The translations under genes and the position numbers were made by a program. DNA of 64,000 nt, from assembly GCF_009914755.1 (NCBI RefSeq), contig NC_060931.1. One strand, written 5' to 3'. Shown in pieces: positions 12,492-24,138 of this stretch. Positions within the stretch are counted from its first letter, which is position 1. Each line of letters starts with the position of its first letter. The notes under the pieces are model-generated. The model saw nothing but the letters and a program-made list of their open reading frames with translations. It was not told where the DNA came from and did no database searches. This DNA comes from the human T2T-CHM13v2.0 reference genome, Homo sapiens.

Positions 12492-13276
12492 GCACTAAAG
12501 AAGTTTCCATAAGGAATAAAACCTTGTCTTCCATTACAATTAACAGTCAAGGATAAAACAAGCACGCGCACAATCAAGGAGCTGGAACACACTCTCCAGG
12601 CCGTCAAATTATTCTCTTGTTCATTTTCTATTTTGAATCTCCTTGTTAGTTAATAACCACCAAATGGAAAGGTCATTCTTTCTGCAGACTTTTGGGGAGC
12701 TCCTCCAAAACATTTGTTCTCTTTACCATGCCAGATGGACACCAGCTTCTTTGTGACAAAGGCATGAATGATTTGACAGTGTCCAAACTGAGACATTCTG
12801 GAGCTGGAAAGCCTGTCACACTAGAGTGTGTGTGACATGTCCACTCTAAACATGTCACTTTTCTGTTAAGAAAACTGAGCCCCCTCCCCACAGGTTAAAA
12901 AACTTTAGTAACTTGTTTGTATAGAAAATAGTAACAAGGACTATTTTCTATTGTTGTCATCTATTTACTAGATACATGTTTTTAATGATTTTAATGTAAG
13001 CTTTTATTAATACTGATGACATTATATGGTATGATATGAAAAAATCACCAATTTTTTACATATAAAAGATGCCTTTTTAAAAAAATAGGTTTTAAGAGCT
13101 CTTTTAGTATACACTTTAGCAAAATTAATTAAATTGAACTAGTTACTCTGTATCAATTACAGTAGTTCTACCAGAATCTCCCAGGTTATAATTTATGAGG
13201 GTAGAGAAATAAAATGTAGATGCATTTTCTTTTTCTTCATTTGGATGAATAATTACTGTTTTTTGTTATTCTAAGT

Positions 13277-13433
13277 CAGTGTTTTTCAAAGCGTAGTGGT
13301 CCCCATATTAGCTGCATTGCCATCTTCTGGGAGCTTGCAAGAAATGTACATTCTCAGGATCCACTCCAGACCTATTGAATCTCAAATTCTGGGGCTTAAA
13401 CAAGCACATTCCAAATTAAGAACCAATGACCTA
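13277..13433. mobile_element. MER5A-like element inside the 3' UTR
   Basis: CAGTGTTTTTCAAAG...TGGGAGCTTGCAAGAAATGTACATTCTCAGG...CCAGACCTATTGAATC. Confidence 0.75.
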
Positions 13434-13480
13434 AGGGAATGTCTGGTTACCTCCTAGTTATACAAGCAAAATCTGCATAG

Positions 13481-13797
<317 letters not shown>

Positions 13798-14445
13798 GTA
13801 GTTTATTTTAAAATATATTTTTAAAAGCTTTGTAAAAATTATGTCATTCTCAGAATTGTTGTCTTCAAAGCATTGTCAGATGTAGAGTGCTCAGATGTGG
13901 CTCTTAAAGACTATATACATCTGAATTTTTCATCCTATAGTTAGTAAGATGCATAAAATCAATCCACTACTGAAATAGTTTCCAGTCAGACATTTCTGAG
14001 TTCAGACATTTCTCAACATTCTTTTAACAACATTTTTCTGAATCCTCAATAGAAAATCACATTAATCTTATTTTAAAATTTGGCCTTTTTCAACACTAAC
14101 GTTGAGTACCGGTAGCTTGTGATCAAAGGCATATACTTCCTTATGAGATTTCTTTACTAAAGCAAGATTTCATTAAATCTCTATTTCCTAAATATCATTC
14201 TATACAAAAGATATTTTTTAAACGGTAAGGATTAAGACAATCACTGATAGCTTTGTTGTGAGCAATTTTGATTCCCATGTATCACATGAATTACACTTCC
14301 TTAAATAAATTACAGTTTATGGCTGTATGATTTATTCTCTAATTCTAACATAGTCTAGTTGTCAAAAGGAAATATGTAATCTTTTTATGATTGTTGAATC
14401 AATAAATACCAATTTGTGAAACATGAATGTGTTTAAACTGCAGTG

Positions 14446-14451
14446 AATAAA
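14446..14451 (+). terminator. Likely main ABCA13 polyadenylation signal
   Basis: AATAAA with TTGTGCTTTT...TTTCTTGTATCTTTATTTGTGTCTTT downstream; a second AATAAA at 14401. Confidence 0.6.
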
Positions 14452-15934
14452 TGAGATGTGCTTTAATTTAACCCGATTTTTGGAATGTAATTGTGCTTTT
14501 GCCAATATATTTTCTTGTATCTTTATTTGTGTCTTTAGGGATCCAATTTAATTTAAGTAAGCAGGAAATGAAGCTACTCCAAATCTTTTAAAGTTTGAAA
14601 GGTTAAAATTTAATTGAGTTTTGCTCTGCTGTATTCTGCTCTTAGGGGTTCTTTTCTGGTTTTTGAACTGCTGTATTCTTGAAGTTTATGCTTCAAGGTA
14701 TGCCTTTGAACAATAAACAGAAAGAAAGAGAAACCCAACATGCTAAAACACCACATCCCAGAAGACTGGATACAAAAGGTCAAATCTTATGTTAATGTTG
14801 AAAATGTCATTGCATTTATAAGTCATGCAGGTATTTAACGCCTTTGGAGTTAAACATTTGTCTTAAGACCTTTGGGCTTAAGGTCACACAACTGAGACTT
14901 TTAAACAGACTACCTTCTTTTGAAATCATTCTGAGTAGAGTACTTTATGAAACAGAAATAATAGTGATTATCCCAGTTCTAGTAATCTAGCATTTACTAT
15001 ATAGATTATCTTTACTCAGATATTTAAACAGTTGATGTATGAAAACTTTCATGCAAAATCAAGATAGTAAAAAGCAAACAGAAAGTGTATTTTAGCATAG
15101 TAAAGACTAGGTGGCTTAAGGTCATAGGTAGTTTATTTAATAAGCATTGAATTGAAAAATAGCTCAACATGACATCTTACAAAACATCTTAGAAAATACA
15201 CAGCCACATACATACCCCACAACCTCCCCCCATAGGCACACTATTAGTGTTAATGAGAATGACATGAATATTAGCATAATCACAAATGTTTCTGCCTAAG
15301 TAGGAGTTACAGACACTTTAAATTTTCAAACTGGGTTAACTATGTTTCTCCTTTGGCTTTTGCTTTGGCCTGCTGCATTATTTCAGCTCAGTGGATTTTT
15401 TTGATGACTTGTTACAACTCAATTTCACACACTTGAATAATTCAAAGCCCTTTCACACATACACACAGACATACATATGCACACATCATGCACATACAAG
15501 CATACATACTCACACATGCACATGTATGCACACTCAAACACACATTCATTCCTTCAACTAACACCTTTGATCTCATTCCATGCACATAAGTAGGTAGTGG
15601 GTACTATAAACATGGGGTGGTGGACTAATCAATAGCAGAGCCACAATCATTGTCCTTGAGGAGCACTTAAGCAGGTGGAGATGGCAAGATGAGATCTACA
15701 AGCAAGGAGTACTCCCTGACATGGGGTCGGAATGATTCACTCTCATGGAGGATGTGGGAACAAATCTCGTGAGATAGTTACCACCTGCTTGGGCCTTTGC
15801 AGATTGAGAATGGGGGAAATGACATCTGAGGCTATGAATATCAGAGCAAATGGAAAATATTTAATGAGCAATGGATGCTTGCTTATTATGTTGGAGAACG
15901 ATAGCTAATATAGTGGTTTCTGTAGACATCAAGA

Positions 15935-16265
15935 ACCCAGGTGTCTCATTTTTAGAATTTCTCTTACATTCCAGAATGGCCGCTAGATCTCTAGCTATCA
16001 CAATATTCAAAGATGAAATAAAAGAAAAATTGGACTAAGGGGATAATAGCACATCTATTTGAAGAGCTTCCCTGGCAACCTCACCTGCATACTTAGGCTT
16101 ATATTACATCACCTGGAAGTATTCACATGACGCTAACTAGCTACAAGAGTGTTTGGTCAATGCAGTCTTTATCCAGGCTTCTGACCACCCTAAAATAAAA
16201 TGAAGGTTTTGATTCTATGTGAGAAGAACTAAACAGATACTGGATAGATAACCAGCAGTCACTAC
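15935..16265 (-). mobile_element. LTR33-like ERVL LTR fragment
   Basis: TCACATGAC...CTAGCTACAAG...GGTTTTGATTCTATGTGAGAAGAA...GGATAGATAACCAGCAGTC resembles antisense LTR33. Confidence 0.5.
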
Positions 16266-17289
16266 TAAAGAAACAGAGAAGTTTTGTGGCCATTTTGCTT
16301 GGGAAAAGAATGCATTCAATTTTGGACATGTTGAATGAACCAGGTAGTGTTAAATTATGTGGCTATTTTGGGCAATCTAGGTTCTAAGAGTGTTACTATT
16401 TTCAAGATTAAAGATGTATGCTAAGATCTGTGGAGCGGATATCATTTATATTTATAAACATTACTGTCAAATTGAATGTGGTAGATAAAGAGAAGAAAAT
16501 TTTATGGATATTTCCCATTTGGGTTAAATAAATAGCATTGTCATTTTCTCACAGTGAGAATTCTTCTTGAGAACTTTAATAAATAAATGTCTCTTGCTGG
16601 AAAGGGTTGCAAATTACAGAAAGAAGTCAGAAGCATTTTTCTTAATTATTTGCTATTGCTTGCCATCACAAGAGACATTTCATTGTCTTTCACTGTAAGT
16701 GAATCTATCACATTTTTTCTCTTTTGTTAAAGTGTTTTAAAGAAACACTCTACATTAAAATGTTTTAAAGAAAAATTAGGTCCACTGAGTTAAAGGTACA
16801 TCTTAAACCTAGCAAAACTCAATGGTTAAAAAGCACATCTAGAAATTTTATGAGCATATTCTTCTTTCCAATACAAGGCAACATTCTGAACCCCATATTG
16901 GCCTTCACATTTATGTTCCATGGGTGTGGCTTGGTATTGATGGATGACAACTGTTGTTGGTGGGGTTCTGTTTGTTCCTTGGTTTTGTTCATGAAACACT
17001 GAGGACTCTTTGCGGGGTTCAATGCAGGGTGAGGAGTCATTGCTTCCAATCTGTTTACACTTGCACTTAGTGTCACATTGCAGCTTTTTCTACCCGCACA
17101 TAACCAAGTAAAAACTTTGTTTGCCTCAGCATAAGTTTAAGTGAATTAGGGTAGTACGCTAGGGCAAGGCAGCAAGTCCAAGGGGGAGTTCATAGGCTGG
17201 GCATCAGGAGACCTGGCTCTACTGCCAATCAGAGTGGGATCTCCAAGCCCTTTTGCTGTTGTGCCCTTCCATTTTCCTCACATTTACAA

Positions 17290-18000
17290 TCATGACAAGA
17301 TCTTTGAGAAGACTAATGAAATCAGCAAATTTCCACAGACGGTGCACAAATATACAATTTTAGAAAAGAAAAGGGAGCATATCTAAAGATAGAAATGAAG
17401 AGTAATAAGAGAATAATATGAAAAACTTTATGCAAAATATTCAAAAACAAATAATATTTTTAGTAAACAGTTAGGAATCAAGATTGTCTCAAGAAAACAA
17501 TAGCCACTCCAGAAAATGAATCAACCATGAAATATCATCACAAGTATATCCCTACCAGTGTCCCATCCCAATACAGCAGACCCAGATGGTTTTACAAATG
17601 TGTCATTCTAAAAGAGATAAATTCTCTATTTTACACAAGCTACTTCAGAAAATGAACAAATTCTATCTCATTTTAGACACCAGTATAACATTGGCACACA
17701 AACTTGTCCAAGAATAAAAGAAAAGACAAATATGGAGAAATTAATGTATGAACATGGATTCAGACAGAACTAATGATAAATAGAATCAGTAGTATATTTC
17801 TCATAATACAATGTGATTTATCTAGAAAATGCGGTTGTGATGTAAACTCAGAAACTATTAATGTAATCCATTCCATTCAAAGGTAATAAATGCTCTCAAA
17901 TGCAGAAAAAATATTTCATAAAATATGATAATCTATATTAGAAAGTTAAACTTACAAGTAAGTTTTCACAATCTGATATGATACAGCTAATAATATTTAT
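17290..18000 (+). mobile_element. Old L1M ORF2 fragment
   Basis: AACTTTATGC...GACCCAGATGGTTTTACA...CTCATTTTAGACACCAGTATAAC. Confidence 0.6.
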
Positions 18001-18492
18001 GAAGTTTTAAAAGCTGAATTGTGCTACACTGTCAAAATATAGCGTGCCCTTCTCAGGAAACGTTATTTATTATTTCTCTTCTGTCTTGTATATTTTATCT
18101 CTCTTAGAGCTAGGTTCTTTCTAGCAACACTTAAGATGTTTCAGTCTCTCCCATTGTATAAAATACTGTATCAATGCCACATCAGTGTCCACTCAATAAT
18201 CCATCCCTCCAGCGTCTGTTCCATCATCACCTCCGACTGCCTTCTCTGCCTGTTCTACTCTGGCTGCTGCTCCCTCTATGCCACCAAAACAGTCCCAGCT
18301 AAGATCACTGAGGGTCTCCATTTTCCTAAGTCCAACAGATAATTCAAAATTCACACCTTCTCACCTGTCTGTTAAAATACCTTTTATTCCTTGGATCTCA
18401 TGACTCTATACTTTTCTGTTTTTTTTTCCCCCTCTCCTTAGTATCATTTTTAGGCAAATGCTCCTTCACATGGCAATAAACTTTGCTTCTGA

Positions 18493-18891
<399 letters not shown>

Positions 18892-19202
18892 TAATTTTTA
18901 CAATTTACCCCTTTATCTTCCTTCTAGTCTTAGGACTCATATTGTAATTCAAGAGTGCAATGAACATTGTCTTTGGCACTCTCATTACTCTTACATAAAT
19001 AGCAACTACTCCTTTTGTTCTTATGTTATTCTGCTCTCTTCTGACTGAAACACAGTGACCTAAATTAAGCTAATTATCAGTTAGGTATGTGCAGCCCTAC
19101 TTTGTCCAGCAACAGCCAGAACCTGACTTCTGTTTGGTCTTCCAAGTTGCTCTTGGTAATTGGGAAATTTTTTGATGAAAAAAAAAATGCTTTTACCAGT
19201 CA

Positions 19203-19532
19203 GTAATAGCTGTGTGTCCCCACTCAAAATTTATGTATTGAAGTCCTAACCCACAAGGTAATAATTTTAGGAAGTGGGGGTGAAGCCCTCATGAATGGAG
19301 TTAGGGCCCTTGATAAAAAGGCCCCAGAGAGACCCCTCAGCCTTTCCACCACATGAGGACACAGAGAGAAGGCACTGCCTATGGGGAAGCAGGCCCTCAC
19401 CAGCCGCTGAACCTGCTGGTGCTTTGGTCTTGGACTTCCCAGCCTCCAAAACTGTGAGGAAATAAATATCTGTGGTTTGTAAGCCACCTGGTTTATGGTA
19501 TTTTCTCATAGCAGCCTAAATTGCCTAAGACA
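19203..19532 (+). mobile_element. MLT1A0-like MaLR solo LTR
   Basis: GTGTCCCC...AAAATTTATGTATTGAAGTCCTAACC...GGACTTCCCAGCCTCCAAAACTGTGAG...CTAAGACA. Confidence 0.85.
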
Positions 19533-19642
19533 GTGTCCATGCAAACTAATTTACACAACACAAAAAATAATCCAAATATTGTGTTCAGAAGTGGAATGGT
19601 CTGTGTAATATAAAAATCAGATTTTGAGGTTAGACTGGGTCT

Positions 19643-20094
19643 TATATCTTGGTCCTAGAGTTTCCGTAACAAAGTACCACAGCCTGGTGGCTTAATAAAA
19701 TCAGAAACTAATTCTCCCACAGCTCTAGAGGGTAGAAGTCCAAAATTAAGGTGTTAGCAGGGCCATGCTCCCTCCAAGACGCTAGGTGGAATCTTTTTTT
19801 GCCTCTTCTTGCTTCTGATGGTGGCCATGCTTGTTTTGCATTCCTTGACCAGAAGACGCATCACTTGAGTCTCGGGCTCTGCTGTCACATGGTGCTCTCC
19901 CTGTATACATCTATCTTCACATCATGTTCTCCTTTTCTTACCAAGATACAAGTGATGCTAGATTGGGGTCCACTGTGATGGCCTTTTCTTAATTAACTCT
20001 GCAAAGACTTTCCAAATAAGATCACATCCACTGCGACTGAGGGTTAGGACTTCAACATCTATCTTTCTGGAGAACACACTTCAATCCATAATAC
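19643..20094 (-). mobile_element. MLT1C-like MaLR solo LTR
   Basis: GTAACAAAGTACCAC...AAGGTGTTAGCAGGGCCATGCTCCCTCC...GGGTTAGGACTTCAACAT. Confidence 0.8.
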
Positions 20095-20329
20095 ACTTTG
20101 TCACTTAAGCATCTTGAATTTCAATTTTATTAAGCTGGGGATAATAATGCTGACTTCACAATGTTTCTGTGAAATGAAATGGGACAGCAAATGTAAATGA
20201 CTGCCATGGTGACTGACTAATATTAACATTCTGTTTATCCCCTCACCTCCAAGAAAAGGTGTATTCATGCCTTTTCCAGTTCCTCCCTTTTCTCTACCTT
20301 CTTCGCTGCTGCATGAGGCATAGATGACA

Positions 20330-21740
20330 GTTCAATAGCCCATATCTCAGATTTGTTTTGTGGCCAAACTGCTGTTTAGTTCTAGGTCTGTTTTTCTAAA
20401 TATCCACTCGGAATCTCCCTTTGAATGACCTTAAGGCCTTTAAACTCATTATCCAAAATCTAATCAATGCACTTTCTTGCCAAACCTTAATCCCTTTCGA
20501 GCATAACTATCACACTCATAGGACTCAGATTGTAATTCAACAGTGCAATGAACATTGTCTTTGGTATTTTCATTACTCTTCTCACATCCAGTCCACTATG
20601 AAGTCCTGTTAACTTTGGCTCGTATATCTCTCTCAAACCTTTCCCTTTATGTCCATCTCCACTGCAAACATTCTGGTTCAAGTAGACTTTACTTCCCACC
20701 TGGTTGCTGCCTCCTAGGTTTTCGACCTATGTACCTGTAGTGGACAAAATAATGACCTCCTGACTGACAATCCCTAGAGCCTGTGAATATGGTACCTTAC
20801 ATAACAAAAGGGACTTTATAGATGAGATTAAGTTAATTGAGATGGGACAATAGCCACATTATCCAGGTGGCCTCAAGGTAATCACATGAGTTCTTATCTG
20901 GGAAAGAGGGAAGCTGTAGAGGCACAGAGAAGAGAGGTGATGATGGAAGCAGAGGTTGGAGTGATGAGCTTTTTAGATGGAGGTAGGGGCAAGGCACCAA
21001 GGAATGCTGGTGCCTTTAGAAGCTGGAAGGGATGAGAAAGCCCATTATCCTCTGGAGCTTCCAGAAGGAGGATTCAGGCCAATATCTTGATTTAAGCCCA
21101 GAGAAATCCATTTCCAACTTCTGGCTTCCAGACTATAGGATCATAAATGTCTGTGGCTTTAATCCACCATGTCCATGGTAAATTCTTACAGCAGCAACGG
21201 GAAACTAATATGCTACTGTTTGCCTCTTCCTGTACCTTCTCTATGCAGACAAAATAATGCCATCTTCGAGAGTCAGATCTTCTTGAAACCAAAATTAGAT
21301 AATCTTCCTGACACATTCTTACATCCCTGGTCCACACTCGTCTGATCCTTGTGTAGTAGGATCAAGCCTTCCTTACCCTTCACGTTCTCTGCACCAAGGT
21401 CTCCCATTTCCTGGATCTCACTGGCTCCTTCCTGCTACAGGAATTTTCTCATGTTGTTCCCTGTCCTCAGAACAGCTGAGCAGCCCCATCATCACTTCTT
21501 ATAATACTCTCTTAATATCATTTATCTTCTCTTTTTAACCCTTGTCATCATTGCCACTGACATTTTACAGTTCTTGTTTTTTATTTTGTGTCTCTTTTTC
21601 TACCTGACTTTATGTTTACTCCTCCACAGAGTCGGGGACAGGGCCTCGTTTCCTCCCTCTTCCTTTACATCATTGTGTCCCCATCCTCCAGCTCAGTGCA
21701 CTTGTCACTGTGGGTACTGAAACTTATGAGTTTAGGCAAG
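20330..21740 (+). mobile_element. L2 fragments interrupted by MLT1D
   Basis: CTCACATCCAGTCC...TCCTGT and the L2 3'-end-like text near 21620-21740. Confidence 0.5.
20736..21211 (+). mobile_element. MLT1D-like MaLR solo LTR
   Basis: TGTAGTGGACAAAATAATG...CTGTGAATATGGTACCTTACAT...GGGACTTT...GGAAACTAATA. Confidence 0.85.
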
Positions 21741-24138
21741 GAATGCACAGAAGAACCCCAGCAATATCCAGGCTAGAGCATGTTTGTATTGCTGCCTGGA
21801 CTGTTAATAGCATCTGTAGCTTTGTAATGTATCTACTTGAATAATTCTACATTGACAATGTTTCTACCCATCTGAAATAAATAAATTAACTTGCATCATC
21901 TTTTCATAAGTTCAGGAAAGGCATTTCTTATGGAGTTATCATCATTTGCATGTCAGAATAATTTTGAGGCACTGAAGTCATTGACAATTCAATGTCGGAA
22001 GTGATAGTGTTTCAAGCTTTTAAAAAATCTGTAACGGTACATATCCAATGTGTTCTAAATCTTTATGTCTCAGAACAGTAAATTAATACAGATAAATAAA
22101 GCTAAAAAAGGAACAGAATTAAGTTCCAATCTGATGTGGATAAAAGCATAAGATAATGTTTAATTCTCTACCACATTCAGTTATAAGCCAAATAGAGTAT
22201 CAACAATCTGGAAAAGATTAAATAAAAGGTTTAAAGCACATTTTTCAGTTCAAAAATAGGTTATTATTTTCAATGCTCATGGCACTTACAATTCCTTAGA
22301 AATATTCTGTCCCTTTTTATGTTACAAGTGTGTGGGAGATGGCTGTTTCACATAAGAATAAGCCTGGTTCAGGCCCTGTTATGAAGTGTTTCTCAGTCAG
22401 AGAACCCAAATCCACAAAAATCCCACTAATCCTAATCACCCAGCTAATCCCTTTGAGAAGAGAGTGGAGACAGGGTGGAAGGTGAAGGTGCTGCTCAGGG
22501 TATCAGTTACACTTTCTGTGTTTCCAGAAATGTGGCCTCCTCCAGGAGAAAGAATTTACTGGGCCTCTGGGTGTGGAAGGGAAACTGGGTGGGATAGGGT
22601 GGGGCAAAGCAATGGGTGCTCAACCCAAACCCTTGTAGAATCTATTCCAAAATCTTCAAATTAAAGAGGACCAAAGAGAAAGGCTGTCATGATTGACATG
22701 AAGTCATCTGAGAAGAGTGCCTATTCAGGGCAGCAAGACGGAGGGGCAGGGGCTTGGGTTGTGTTGGAGGGAGTAGAGGGTTTGCTGCTTTGTGAGCTTG
22801 ACCTCAGGCAGAGGACAATTGCTACATCCATATGTTCAGGCATACTATGGTCCCACCAGTATCTGCAGGGGTTCTTTTAATTCAGTATGTTGTGATGCTA
22901 ACAAAAGGGCTAGTTAGGAAGGGCCTGCCCAGTGGGATGAAGGATGTTGTCTAGGTGGTTGCTACAGTTACTGGAGCACAGGTTGAGACAGGCGTGGTGA
23001 GAGTTGGAGCTGGGCAGGCTGGTAAGGCATGATCAGGAAGGGCCTCCAGGGCCATGTTTTGGAGTTGAGACTTCAGTCCAACAATGAATTCTATGGGACC
23101 TTCTTCCAGGAGGTTTTTTTCCTATGGTTCTTGAGCAAATGCCTTTTGCACAATCTCTCCCAATACACATTCTAGCTTACACCCTGTTGGTCAATAGGAA
23201 ACTGTTGAGGAAGGTTAACAATGGAGTAAAAATGTCCTATTTTGGACAGACAAACCTGGTGTTCCACGAGGGTCCAGTTGGAATTAAAGAGAAGGGGAAA
23301 GACCCAGCATCCTCAAGGTGGCTTTGGCCATCATCTGAGTGACAATACTGGAGGACCTTAGCTAGCACGGGTGAATGGGGAGAGATTTAGAAAGCAAAAT
23401 TGGTAGAGGTTCAGCAGAGAAATAAATATGTACATGTAGCAGAGAGATATGGACTGGGAGAAGACATCTGGCAAATATAGAAAGCTGTAACATCAAAACT
23501 GTGAAAAGACTGACATTCATTAAACATGAAGTGTGGAGAAAGAAGAAAACACACAAATGCTAAGGAGAATAAAATGCCAAAGAACAAAGGGAGATGAGCC
23601 CTTGTTGAAAAGTGAGAATGAAGCAGAGGTAGAGGAAAGTCAGAGAAGGATAAAGAATCAGGAGAAATGGGAGGAAAGGGTTTCACCAAGGGAGATGGCA
23701 AAATGTCACTATAAGCAGCCTGCTAGAGCAAGCCTCTCTTCCAGACCACAGTTATCCTTCCTTACAACTTCTCCCTTTTCAAGCCGCTGGCTGAGAGTTT
23801 TGGTTACTTCTGTGGATTTCTTCTATCAGATATGCTGCCTCCTGACCTGCATCACCTCGGTCCTTATCAATGGGATTGGTAATGTATTGTTCCTCTCATC
23901 TCTTGTTTTGGGTGGACATCTCTATTCCACTTCCTAGATATGGCCAGTATCCTTTCTCCTTCCCACACCCATCACTTTGCAGTCAATATCTAAGATGGAT
24001 AAGGCCCATTATTCTGAGAACATCTATCATTTGTTTAATGAGCCTTGTCTGAGCCATTTACTCTCTGGGTCTAAAAAATATGTTGGAAAGGAGGAAAATG
24101 CAGCCACTACTGCTCAGAGGTGACTTCACTACCACCCA

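Larger units (their letters stand above)
18931..20580 (+). repeat. 62-bp dispersed direct repeat (18931-18992 and 20519-20580)
   Basis: Ungapped, 57/62 identical by manual alignment. Confidence 0.9.

Noticed and set aside
23784-23940. Second gag-like reading PLAESFG.FCGFL.Q.CCLL...LIS...WTS
   Set aside because: Needs several gaps, duplicates the better collinear capsid match at 24273-24370, and overlaps the candidate 5' LTR; likely chance, though not fully excluded
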